NCBI GenBank assembly: GCA_030264375.1
Contig: JASCQW010000162.1
Coordinates: forward strand, 95,028,443 to 95,092,442
DNA: 64,000 nt
Origin: Carcharhinus longimanus
Taxonomy: Eukaryota
Direction of reading: 5' to 3'
The number at the start of each line of letters is the position of its first letter. The first letter of the stretch is position 1. Positions 38,050 to 50,909 of the stretch are shown here, piece after piece. Both the position numbers and the translations under genes were made by a program. Under the pieces are notes generated by a model. The model worked only from the letters and a program-made list of their open reading frames with translations. It ran no database searches and had not been told where the DNA came from.

Positions 38050-41000
38050 TTTTGGTACCCCTGTTTGAGAGGAAATGTTTTTCTTTGCTATTCTGTTTAC
38101 AAACGAGAAACCTTTGGCCAATATCAATTGCAGTCATAGGTGCAGTTGACAGACCATATAATAGTGAGTGGGAGGAGGAAGAAGAAATATTCAGATAAAT
38201 TAGAGAATTGAATGAAAAAAATTATGGGAGAACCTCAACAATATGGTATTAATTAGGAGGTGTAGCTAAAAGGGATGAGGAAATGGAGTTCTCATAGTAT
38301 ATGTAGGGCTCCTGTTGAACCCAACATGTAAAAGTCTAAACAAGCTAAGGTTCACTTTTGATCCAGTAATGGAGCATGAACTGGGGCAGATAAGAGTAGT
38401 AAGAGAATATCTAGGCAATATAATATGCTTTAAGATGATGCTGGAGAAAGAAATGAATATAGCAATACCAGGTTAATGGTATGAAGAAAAGCTGATTTGA
38501 AGGGCCGAGAGTAGAACTTGAGAAAACAAAATAAGTGGCAATATTGGCAAACAATGGTATAGAATAACAGTGGGAAACATAGTATGGTGAAAAGCTGGTT
38601 TGAAAGGCGATCTTACTGGCTGTTCACACCACATTCCCACTGCAGTGAGGTCAGAGAATTTGCCACCCAGCCAAATCTCCATTCACTGCAATGGGATGGG
38701 AAAATCCGGCCATGTTTTTCAACAAAGTCCAGTTAAAAGGAAAGAACAAGCTCAACCACACAGATGAATAAAGACATTAGAGAACAATAGAAGATTAGGA
38801 AGGAGGAATATATTAAGTACGTAGACAGCAGAAGGGTGCAGCGGAAGAGTGCAGGATAAGGGAGAATATGAAAAGATTAGGAGAGATGTGAAAATAATAC
38901 ATGAGGAAGGCAAAGAGGAACCATAACATCAAATTATTAAGGGACATAAAAGAAAGTAGTAAAATAATTTACATGCAAAATNNNNNNNNNNNNNNNNNNN
39001 NNNNNNNNNNNNNNNNNNNNNNNNNNNNNNNNNNNNNNNNNNNNNNNNNNNNNNNNNNNNNNNNNNNNNNNNNNNNNNNNNAAAATAATTTACATGCACA
39101 ATAATTAAGAAAGGGAAGACTCAAATGGTGTAGAACCATTTGGGGATAAACAGGATATAGGACAGGTAATGATAGATAGATGGGAAAAATATTAATTAAT
39201 TATTTTGTTTCTGATATTTACCAGATAGATTGAACAGGTCAATGTAACATTGCCTGAAGAAATGAGTAATGAGATAAGTGCATCTAAAATAAAAAAAAGG
39301 ATATACTGAATAAATTTATTCATCTCCAAAGAAGATAAAATCCTGAGATTGGACAGATTGCATCCACACAATTTAAAAGAAGCTAAGAAAGAGATAGCAG
39401 AGACATTGCAACACATGTTTAGTAATTTGATAGAAAAGGGTACAGTGCCAAAGGACTGGTGGATAGCAAATGTAATCCCTGCATTTAAGAAGGGGAATGA
39501 ATCATGACCAGGGAATTATGGACCCAGTCAGCTTAAAATTATTGGTAGGAAAAATAATGAAATTCCTACTAAAGGAGAGAATAGGAGAAACAGCTACAAA
39601 ATAAAAATATAAAAATGAATAGACTGCTGGATTGATCAACCTTTATTGAAATTTTAGAGGAGGCAACAGAGAGAGTAAACAGTGGCAATGTAGTAGAGGT
39701 AATTAATCTGGGCTGGGATCCTCCCAAAAAAATTTGACGTGTTGATTTCGCGTAAAAACTGGAGTAACTCCTGCTGTTTCTTTTCGTGGGATTTTCAAAA
39801 TGAATCTCCCACATTCTGTTCACTGTAAAGTGTCTTAGGGAGAGTCATGCTGAAAATCAGGGGGCGGTGCCCAATTCCCACTGGAGAATGTGGCAGAATA
39901 TCACCGAGTGGGCCACTGTGCACGCGCCAATCTGTCAAAGCGGAGATCGTCGTATATGCAGTTGTCGAGCACTGCCGGGCATTCAGTTGCTGGCAGTATC
40001 ACCACCCCCAGCTTTTCAGAAGGTTTTTGAGAAGCTGCATTTTGAATGATGAATAAAATTAGTGAATGTGGAGTCAGGGGACAAATGACAGAATGGATTC
40101 CTAGCTGGCTTCAAGGTAGAAAGCAGCGAGTGAGAGTAAAATATTGTTACTCGTGGCAGAGATTGAGAAGTGGTATTCCACAAGATCAGTGTTGGGACCA
40201 CGGTATTCTCAATTTGCATCAACAATTGGAACTTTGGAATCAAAAACACATCTTCTAAACTTGAAGTTGACACCAAATCGAAGAGGATAGTCAATGCTGA
40301 GGAGGACTGCAATAAAGTACAGGAGGACAGTGATAGACTCACAGGATGGGAAAATAATTGACAAATGAACTACAACACAGTTAAATCTGAGATAGTACAA
40401 TTTGGTAGGAAGAATATGGGAGTTCCTCATTACTTGGAAGGTGCAAGTCTAGATGGGATAAAGAAATAAAGGGATCTTGGAACCAATCATTAAAAGTTGC
40501 ACCACAGGTTAGCAAGATCCTAAATTAAAGCAAATCAAGCATTAGGCTTTATTTTCAGAAAGATTAGAATGGAAAAGTAGAGAAGTTATATCACACCTGT
40601 TTTGAACCTTGGTTAAACAGCTTAAGAGACTGTGTGCTCTTCTGTTCGCTATATCATGATAAGGGTATCGAGATACTGGAAAGAGTGTGAAGAAGATTTG
40701 TAAGGATGCTGTTCAAATGTGTGAATATATGTATCAGAAACGGATCAATAGGTTGGATCACGTTTCTCTCTTGGAAAAAAAAGGCTGAGGGAGATCTTGC
40801 AAAGTTTCTTAAAATTACGAAAGATTTTGATAGAGCAGGTACAGAACAAATATTTCCATTTATAGGGAATAGTAACTAGAGACCATCAATATAAGAGAGT
40901 CATCAAGAATTTCAATCGAGTGGCAAAAATATGAGCCTCACTACCACAGGGAATTGTAGAAGAGAATAATATAGATGCATTTAAGGGAAAACTAGGCAAA

Positions 41001-41090
41001 CATTTGAGGGAGAAGGATTGCAATAGTAGATTTGGTTAAGGAAAGATGGGAGGAAGCATAAATGTCGCATGGACTCATTTGCCTTAACTT
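38050..41090 (+). mobile_element. Long decayed CR1 LINE ORF2 with nested MITEs (about 38590-38712 and 39710-40015)
   Basis: Ordered remnants VPKDWWIANVIPAFKKG, PGNY.PVSL, GVRGQMTEWIPSWLQGRKQRV, GIPQ.SVLGP, 3'UTR. Confidence 0.85.
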
Positions 41091-43799
41091 TACAGTATAC
41101 AACTGTTTTTAGTTCGTGTTTCAAGCCTGAGTCCCCAAATCTCTGAAGTTTCTGGGTGAAATACTAATTGGAGTACTTTGCAGCGGTGTTACTGCCCCAA
41201 AGAAAGACTATTCTTATCAACTGATCATTCAGGTTCATTGCAGATCAAAATGTGCCAAACTCAAAAAACAGATTAATTACTTTCTCTTCAGTATGTTAAG
41301 AAATGGAATGTAATCGTAGCCTCTATGCTTGTTCTTAGACCAAATATATTTAGGAACCAAACTTGTAGCTAAAACTCCTTCATAATGATGACAAATTCAT
41401 CCCTTGGTTGAGGATATGATTTTGGTAGTTGTACAATGTTAGGTTGGAGTAATATCAGTGTCCATCTTTAACCTGTGACACATTTTTAGGCAAGTGTTGA
41501 TACTACAGTAACACAAAATTGCTACAGTATTTGGGTCCTTCAGTGATGTGGATTAAAGTCCATAGGCATATATCAATGCAAAATTCTGAGTTTATGACTG
41601 ACACTCAGAGAAATTCTGTTAAGATTATCACAAGAAATGAAATAAGGTAAGCCCAAAGCTATTTAATTTCTCAATAAAATGTACAAAAAGGCATTTCTAA
41701 CTGCCGCCTAAATGATAAACCTCCTGCAAATATTTCAATCATTCTCATTTTGTGTTCTGGAGTTTGAATGACATTCATGTCTACCTTGACCAACTAAATG
41801 TTACTATAACTTTACAAGAAGGATGTGGGTAAATGAGCAGACAAAGCAGTTTGCTCGAATATAATGAAATGCGGCCTATATGCCTTCCCAACCACTTAAC
41901 TAGCTCAGAGTCAAGGGCCAGAGACTTGATGGAGCTATATTGCTTAGCTTTTACACCATATCAGGGTGTTTATGTGTTGACCTTTAACACATAAATACTT
42001 CAACCTCAATTACTGCACCATCTCTAACCTTACAAATTTAGCTAGACTTACCACAAATCACCAAACAATACATATGTACCATGCAATCACATTTTACTAT
42101 TTGCAAAATAAATCCTGATTGGATATTAGAGGTGTTTAAATTGAGCGCTGCTGAAATTCACTAGGCTCATGCAGGTATTAGTTGAAATAGAGATTATGAT
42201 TTTCTTGCTCGTGTTGGTCGATATTGTGAATAATGGGACTCCTTTCTCTTTTAGAAATGGTATTTATGCTGACATCATGCAGAAATATGAAATTTTGCCT
42301 TGATCCCAATCAGAATTTTCTATCAAGATTCCACCAAGGTTGACATACAATTGAACAGTCTCTGGTTTTACTTGTTGATTTACAGTCCAACAGTCTTATT
42401 GTCAGATGATAAAACAATGCCTTTAGAAGCATTAGAACAAAAGTGAGCCATTTAACTAGACATTCTCCACTGATTGACCAAAGGAAATCAAATGCACTTG
42501 TGCATAGGCTGCAGTGGGAGCTTGTTCCCCTGGCTGCAACAGGGGTGCAGCACGATATTGGAGGCCTAGCGGCGAGGCATATTCTTGATGAAACCATACC
42601 CCACTGATGAAAGAAGAAATCATGTTTCTTGAGGTCAGCAGTCCGTCACTTTTAACATTTTAAAATATTTTTATCAGCAGTCATGCAGTGAAGAGGAAGT
42701 TACTTTAGCTACTTGTGAACTGATGAGAAGAAGTTCTTCAGCTTCCTCATACTGCATCATGGCATTTAATCACGATCATTACTGAATAGCTCCCTGGCTC
42801 CTCTTGCCCCATTCCCTTGGCTCCCAGATTCTGGCCATGTCAGAAACAGCACTGAGATTTTGGAGACATCAAGCAGTAGCTGGTGGGAAGAAGTGGGTGG
42901 GAACAGAAGTCTGCAAAGCTGGGGAAATCTTGAACATATTTGTTGCTAATTATATCAGTTTACAGGAGTGATGCCTTCATTTACCCCATCTGTTTGCTGA
43001 CTTACTCTTGTGTCTAACTTGTATGTAAAAATCTCTGCAAGCTGTGTGCAAATAAGCAAAATTCTCACATGAATGGTGCCTGATGTTTCAAGAATAGGAA
43101 TTGTAGCTGAACTGCTCTGGATCCTATTCAGGCATACCACATCATTTTGGTTTCACTATAAGTGAGGTCGCTGGAAGTTGTGTATGTTGAGTTCCAAAAT
43201 AGTGATGAACCTCTCGACATTCTATTGAGGAAGCAGATCTGGACCAATATATCCTATCTAAGATGTGGTGCCTAAAACTACACACAGCACTCCAGTCATG
43301 AAACATGTCTTCCACCCTCTTGTATTCTAGAACTCCAGATATAAAGAAATGATCTATACACATGAATCTCTAAATCTCTTTGGACCTCCTGTTTCTAGCT
43401 TTCCTTCACTTAGAAAGTACTCTGATCAATCTTTTTAAGGTCTCAGTATGCTTTTTGTACATTAACTCAGAATGTTCAAATTACTTTGGAAACTCTAACA
43501 GTAGAAGAATAAAACTTGAGCAGTGGTTGAGATGAAGATATTGATCATTTGCATGCAGTTAAATTTTTCTTTGTAAACACCATTTACTCATCATGTCTCA
43601 TGGAGAGCCATTAAGCACAGTGCTAGAATATAAAGCCTGTATGCATCAATATGAAATTGTCATGCTGTTACACTGAGCAATAGACAGTACTCGTAGTCAA
43701 GCATGCTATTGTGTTGGTATACTGTGTTGGAACTCCAATGTGGCATGCCACAATGTGGTAGGCCACAACTTTTAAGAAATGCATTCCCATGCATTGAGT

Positions 43800-44044
43800 T
43801 CAGTAAGTAGTCTCACAACACCAGGTTAAAGTCCAACAGGTTTATTTGGTAGCACAAGCTTTCAGAGTGTTGCCCCTTNNNNNNNNNNNNNNNNNNNNNN
43901 NNNNNNNNNNNNCACAGGTGAGTCACCTGATGAAGGGGAAATGCTCCAAAAGCTTGTGCTACCAAATAAACTTGTTGGACTTTAACCTGGTGCTGTGAGA
44001 CTACTTATTGTGCCTATCCCAGTCCAACGCCGGCAATTCCATTT
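43800..44044. mobile_element. Palindromic Penelope-like terminus with 12-bp TSD
   Basis: Inverted arms AGTAGTCTCACAACACCAGGTTAAAGTCCAAC / GTTGGACTTTAACCTGGTGCTGTGAGACTACT. TSD CATGCATTGAGT at 43788-43799 and 44045-44056. Confidence 0.85.
43924..43958 (+). ncRNA. Minimal type I hammerhead ribozyme motif, probably inactive
   Basis: CAC-CTGATGA-stem II (AGGGGAAATGCTCC)-AAAA (GAAA expected)-GCTT-GTG; stem I is CAC/GTG. Confidence 0.6.
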
Positions 44045-45815
44045 CATGCATTGAGTCCTCATTGATAACCTTGCCCTTAGAGGAGGGAGGTGCCAGGATT
44101 GGCCAGATTAATGGTCAGAAAGTTAATTTTCCTTGGGTTCTCTTACATGCTGTCATATAGTGCCATTGGCTGAAACTTGGGAACAGTTCATTGGCTTCAG
44201 CAGGAGAGGTACTTAGCGTGATAAAATTTCATGAAAGAAAAGGTGAACAATAATAAGTTTCCAGTTAGGATTATTTGTAATATCTGTATTATCAGTTGAC
44301 AGTGGTGTTGCTGTTGCAGATGCTGCCAGCATTAGTCTGACTTTTACAGAAAGATCAGCTCACTTTCATGTTAGAACTTGAGCAAAATTCTTGGTTTCTC
44401 CACTATTGTGATTTGTCAGTTGTGCCAGAGCTTCTGTGCAGGATATTTCAAATAGACTAATGAAAGTCCTTAAGGCCATTGAAATACATGAAGGGGGATG
44501 TGGTTTATTACTCAGTTAAACAGAGATAACATCTGACTGCTCACCACATGACCTGGATCATTTGTGCCTTGTGACTCAGACAAGTGAAGTAAAATCATTC
44601 TTTCGGGTTGGTTATAACAAGAAAATGAGCAATATAGGTAAATGTACTTAAAATTAAATTATAAGTAGAGGTTTATTTTTAGAACTTTATTTTAACTTGC
44701 TTGTGCTGTTCTAAGTGTCTTGCCTCCCTATCAGGATTCTCCAGCACAAAGATAGGCCGAGAGATTTTTGTGTTCATTCTTTTGCTGACCCCCGAAGATG
44801 AGCATTAATAAATTCAGATCCATTCGAAAGTGGCTGAAGGTTTATAGGTTTTCTGTCATTGTTTTCATGTAGGAACTACCCAGCCTGCAACCATCAGAGA
44901 CAGACAGGATTCACTACAATTGTGGTAGACTGGCTGGATCGCTAATATTTACCAAGCCCTGAACCAGTCATGTAACCAAGCCGTTGCTTGTTCACTGAAT
45001 ACATAGTGCTTTGTTCCTGGAGAAATGAGTAACCTAACATTTGGAATATACCAGCCTTTGTCTTTTATCTTTTGTTGCTATTTGAAATATTCCTAAATGG
45101 TATAATGTAATACTAGCTTTGCAAAAGTTGGCTTTCAGTAGTGAATGTTTGCTTTATTGTCCTTATAGTAAATATTACTACAGACGACTAAGAAATGGCT
45201 GATGTTCGATATTAACAATGAGTGAAAGGCTGAAGAGAAGTTGAATTCCAGTGATCCGGATATAGAAAGGCTGCATTAAGCACTTGTCCAGCATTGAGTG
45301 TCTGTTTCCTGTTTAGGAAGGACTATGTCATGCATGCATTGGAATGACATGTCTTTTGTTATTGTTAGGTAGCAAATTTTCATAATCAACCTTTTTTCCC
45401 ATTTCTGAACTTTTCAAAGTACATCTACCTTATTAATGTAACAGTAATTTCAACTGCTGAGAGCAGATCATATCCTCATAATTTATAAGCTTCTGAAAAA
45501 ACACTGACATTACATTGCTGTAGTTCAACAAGCATAATGTGTGGACCACTTTTATGAAGCTCTTTGATATACCACGTGTTGCATTTATTGCAGATCTCTG
45601 ACTAACTGAGAAACCATATAATGCATAACCCATTAAAACTCTGCTATAATCTTGAATACAACAATTTTTATAGTGCTATCCCCTATTATAACATTTCTCC
45701 CCTATAATGTCCCTTTTGTATGGCTCTTGTGCATTTCAGCCTTGTAAAGGGACTCTTCTGTATATAAAGTCTTAGCTGTAGCTAAAATATACATATTCTG
45801 TTTTCTGTTCTTCAG

Positions 45816-45920
45816 CTTATCCCATGAGGAGCACGGGTGCAATCATCCTTTATACGGTCATGGTGTGTGTAAATGGCCTGGTTGTGAGGCAGTCTGTGAA
45901 GACTTTGGACAGTTTCTGAA
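45816..45920 (+). CDS. FOXP1: FOXP1 internal coding exon D (105 nt, phase 2-2), first half of C2H2 zinc finger: [34 protein letters not shown](K)
   Basis: Strong polypyrimidine acceptor TTTTCTGTTCTTCAG, donor GTAAGT. Contains the FoxP motif [13 protein letters not shown]. Confidence 0.97.
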
Positions 45921-47654
45921 GTAAGTCCAGCTCTGTTTTTTCATCCATTAATTGATTGACATTTGATTAACTCAGGGATCCAGCAGAGTAACACAGTTGA
46001 CCTGAGTAAAATGCCATCTATGATGTACAGAATTGCAGTAAACTTGCTCGTTAAAGTGTAGAATGGCAGTCATGGGACTGATGTCTGAATCAAACTGATA
46101 GTCCCATGTTTGTTATTAGTGGAGGATAAAATGTTGTGTTGGGGGGAGTGGTGCGGCTTGCTGGTTGGGGAGTAAGGCGAAGTATACGTATGCCATGCCA
46201 GTTAATTTTTATATCTAGGCTGATGTATGCTTAGACCAGCTGAAAAGAAAANNNNNNNNNNNNNNNNNNNNNNNNNNNNNNNNNNNNNNNNNNNNNNNNN
46301 NNNNNNNNNNNNNNNNNNNNNNNNNNNNNNNNNNNNNNNNNNNNNNNNNNNGAAAAGAAAATGAACATATGTACAATTCTATAACTGTTGGCAGCAAATG
46401 TTGTATCAGGAAAAAAAGCAGACTCTGTAAGCAGTGTGCATATTTATTTCCTTATTTGTTTTTAAGCTAGTTGCAATGCTGGCTCATAAACTCCTGGTTA
46501 TTAATTAACTGCCAAACATAATTGGCCAACTGTTGTTCCAGTTAGTGTTAGTCAATACAGTGCCAGTAGGTACTCTTATCCTGTATGATAATCAGCATTG
46601 TTTGAAAACCATTTCGTCATAGGAATTCAAATATGTGCTTCGACAGATCAATTACCAAAGGTCTAATATTGTCTTACATTAAGTCAGTTTTTTTTAAATG
46701 CTATCACAGTGAGAAAGTGTCCTGGTACTAAGTCAACTCAAAATTGTAGCTTTTAACCATTTATGAACTGCATTAGGATACGAATGGCTTGATAGTCACA
46801 AAAAATGTTTGTTACAGTCATATAATGAGACCGCCCGAGCCACAAATTCCATATGTGCTTTAATTTATAATTGTTACTTGATATTCACAAATATCATTCT
46901 AGTTGAGTAATCAGATCACAGTCACATTTTGGATACTGAAAAAGTTTCAGTACTGAAATGGCTAAGAGATTAGGTAATTTTTCAGACAGTGATACAATCC
47001 CATCTGTTTTTAATACTGAAGTATACAAACAGCTTTAGAGAATGGAATGTAGCACTTAAAAACAAATTACTGACACTTGACTGTTGCATTTTTATATCAG
47101 CTTCTTTTAATAAAATTTCACATAAAATAGACCCAGCTAAGATGGAAGCTGTATGGAAAATGAAAGAAAGACTTATTATGAGTGATTTTTTTGAACTTGT
47201 TTTTATTAGCTCACTGTGGCGTAGTTCAGTTGTTTGTCTAGACTATTCAAACTCAGCAAGCATTTAAAGAAAAACTTTAATTACAAAGAGACTTCTATTT
47301 AATGTGTTCCATGAGTACAAGGCCTTCAGAATTCTCATGTGTAGATTCAAAACCTTTCTGCATAAATTTGCAGCATTGGGGTTTTTAATTTTAAGAAGAA
47401 TATGCTAAGCAGCAATGCATGTGAAGAAGTCAACGTGCAATAAATTGTGAACTTGTTCCATTCTTGAGAATGTTATGAGGGGACAGTTGGATCAGTCATT
47501 TTCCAATGCTTCCTTTCTTTACTCTTTTGACTTTTTTTCTCCCCAGAATCTTACTTTAAGTCATACTCATTATTGATATTAGTTGACATTTTCCTGTATA
47601 CAAAACCTAACAACCATTAAGTAGTGTTAAAACCTTTGGTGCAATGGTCGAAAA

Positions 47655-47669
47655 GGGTCAGAGTGACCC
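47655..47669. promoter_or_regulatory. Perfect palindromic estrogen-response element (IR3)
   Basis: GGGTCA-GAG-TGACCC matches RGGTCAnnnTGACCY exactly. Function untested. Confidence 0.5.
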
Positions 47670-47677
47670 ATATGCCA

Positions 47678-47696
47678 CAGTGCCCTCTAGTGACAC
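47678..47696 (-). promoter_or_regulatory. CTCF-like motif
   Basis: Minus strand GTGTCACTAGAGGGCACTG versus consensus CCACYAGRKGGCRCT, with one core mismatch. Confidence 0.5.
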
Positions 47697-49842
47697 TAGA
47701 ATTGAAGCAATGACAACTTCCTTTTAAACTGAAGATCATTTGACTTCCTCATGATTTTTTTTAAAATGTTGTTTACTGAAGTTAAATATTGCTTAAAAAG
47801 TCAAGGGCAAAATTAATGCTGCACCTTTTAAGTCTTATCAGGAAAATGGAAAATTACAAAAGTAAGCTGGGCAATAACTTTCACACCAGTTCACTTCATT
47901 ATTGAACTGGTTATGATTTTTTAAAAAAACATTTTCTTTTAAGTAATATGGCACAAAAACTCTGTGTTAGTTTGGGGTAAATTGATCATTTAATAGGATT
48001 TGCTTCACTTAAAAAATCCTCTTAGTTTCAAAATCCAGGAGATCTTGAGCTTTGAATGAAACTCAGCCGATGCTAGCAGCTGGGATAAAGCATATTAGAA
48101 GAATGGAACAAAGAATGGGCAAGCAAAGTAAAAGGGATATATATAGACAGACCTGGAGCTCTGCAAGGAATCTGCCATTTTGCCATTACATAGGCAACAG
48201 AGGCGTAAATAGAAATATAATTATCAACTGTGTGGTGCAAATTTTCAAGGTTTTGAGAGGGAATTACAAAAAAAAATCAAACTTTGCTAGGCTCTAACTC
48301 CACTTGCAGCAGAAATGGCCCCATAGAATAGACCACTGTGATCCTAAAATTCACAAAAATCACAAATCTTTTGGAAATTGCAACACGTTGAAAGCTATGG
48401 TGGAGCTAATTAAAAATATATGTGAATTATTCTAAAAGCTGCCTATATATGGATCAAATTGATTTTAAAACTAACAATGAACTAGCGTCAACCAATGTTG
48501 ACAACTATTGTAACAAAATACATGGAAGTGAAAATTCAGTTTAATACAATGCAAATCAATACATCTGTTGATTCAACAATAACATTTCTTTAACATCCAT
48601 GGGTTTGTCTATTTTTGTAACATTTTTGTAGCTTTTAAAATATTGTTTACATTATTTTAAAACATCAGATGTAGTCAAAGTGTGGTGTAGTTTTTTTATC
48701 AGCCTAATATATATGATCACAAAAGATGATTCAGGTTTGGATTTTTTTCTCCCAATGAAGATGCAGAGTGGCAATTTTTTGCACAGGAAAAGCTAATTTC
48801 CTCTACTTTCCTAAACCCATGCCATTTTCACATAAACCTGGATTCTTCGGTCCCATTTACTCTATCACTGCTGCCATGGACAATGGAGAATTTGGAACTT
48901 GGTTAAATCTCCATTCATAGCAACAGGACCAGAGAATCCAGCCATGGGCAAGGTCGGTGAATTCCGGCCATAATCTTTTCTGGGGTTGGGAAATCCTTGC
49001 GTCAAAAATGCACATTCATTTCTTCAGGAGTTGGAGGTCCTCTTGGTGATGACCATGGAAAATTATATTTCCTCCTGCACAATATTTGCATTTGCTGGTG
49101 TGGGTTTTGGATGTCCTAAAAAAAACGCATTTCCTTAGAGAGTTTGTGATCACTGAGGGAAGCCTGCTGAGGATTCGGGAACATTCTAAAAGTTAAATGT
49201 AAATTATTTTGAAACCTTCAAATGTCAGTGTTGAGTGCCGTGTTGTAATGAAGGTGTGTTTTTAATTCATTTATTTACTATAGGGATCTATCCTCCCATG
49301 GTAAGTTGACCCTTGCATTGGCCAGCATTGTGTAACTGTTGTCATGCATTACAGTAGTTTTTCCATTGGAAGAACAAACTGACATAATGCATTAGGAAAA
49401 TGAAAGAAAGTCTGTCAAACTCTGCTGTTAATTTTTATGCTACGATTTAAATCGGTTGACAGCTGTGGCTCTTAAGAAGCCTTACTTTTGAAGGTTGAAA
49501 TAAAATCTTCGTGCCTGCTCCCATTCATAGATTGATTGACACTCTGCTTTGAAATGCAAATTGAACAGCATTCTGTTCGATGAGTTTTGGACAATGGAGC
49601 TGGAAGCTTTTATTATAGCAGCTTTAGTCATTATGAATGCTTAGCTGGATTTGAAAAACTACTAATGGCATCAGCTCACCAGGTGACCGATTGATGCAAA
49701 AGCTGTTAAAAATTTTTAAGAGGCTGTAATAACAGAATATGCATTTATTGCAGTTTCTTGTTTACACACCTAATAGGAATTTAAAAGATTGCATTTCTTT
49801 GCTCTGGAGTAGTCTTTCTTTTGTTCTAGTATCATAGAAAGT

Positions 49843-50418
49843 GGGGGCGATTCTCCCGTCCCAGCGGGCTGGGAAACTTGAGCGGAGATCAGTTCACGCT
49901 GGGCATCCAGGCCTCCGCGCATCTCCCAGCCCTGGATTTCTAGCGCCATCAGCTCCGCACCAGAAATTGGTGGTGCCTAATGTATGCAAACCCTAATTTG
50001 AATCTACTTTAAATCCCATTAGCGAGCCTGTGACTGAAGTCTCCAGGCCCGCTAGCCGTTCGAGAAGCTTGTCACAATCCAGGACATGTCTTGAAGACCA
50101 GCAATCATGGAGGCCAGCAACATGGGGATCGCGGGACTGGTCAGCAATCGGGAGGCCAGCAGTTCGGGCTACTGCATATGCACCGATCTCAGTGCTGACA
50201 AACGGTACATGCGCAGTGACCCACTCAATGCTATGCTGTTCGCCTTTCCAACGGGAATACACCTCACTCACTGATTTGTGGAGTGACTCATGCTAGTGCA
50301 CTCTGCAGTGCACATAGTGTGGGAGATTCATTTTGAAACTCCCGCTGAAGATAACAGTATGATCTACTCCATTTATAATGCTAATTCAACACTTAGAATT
50401 TTTTGGGAGAATCTTTGC
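49843..50418. mobile_element. Non-autonomous DNA transposon (MITE)
   Basis: TIRs GGGGGCGATTCTCCC / GGGAGAATC. CpG-rich relative to flanks; opposite orientation to the 27070-27622 copy. Confidence 0.75.
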
Positions 50419-50909
50419 AGTGCGTTTGAATTCAGGGTTTGACTGGATTGGTTGAAGTGTATTTTTTTCAATGATTTTTAAAAATCCCCATTGCTTTTGA
50501 ATGGCTCCTGAAGACTGTACATAGTGCATATTGTGTGAGTGGCTATGAAGGATGCATGGGGTAGCATGTGGGTGGGTGTGGGGATGAGGGGACATAGATG
50601 GCATTGGCGGAGAGATGAGGTCTGGGAGTCCTTTAAACATGGTGGGAACTTGGCTGCTTTGGAGAAAGGCAAGCCTCCCAACTGGCTTGCCTCTCCATAA
50701 ACTCAAAACTTGTTTCAACTCAATCCCTGTATGAAAAGGCAAAACTCCTGGGCAAAGTCACAAATGAATAGGGGGTGCATTTCAGAAGGTGCAAGAATGT
50801 ACAGGTTGGTTTTACCAAACTCACAAGAAACTCCAGCTCTCTGTCTCAGCTAATGATAGCACTTAAGTTATTAACCACGTCAGAATTTTTATGAAATAAA
50901 TAATAATTT

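Noticed and set aside
46945-46958. Perfect 14-bp palindrome TTTCAGTACTGAAA (also TGTGGCATGCCACA near 43739)
   Set aside because: About one such palindrome is expected by chance in 64 kb of AT-rich DNA.
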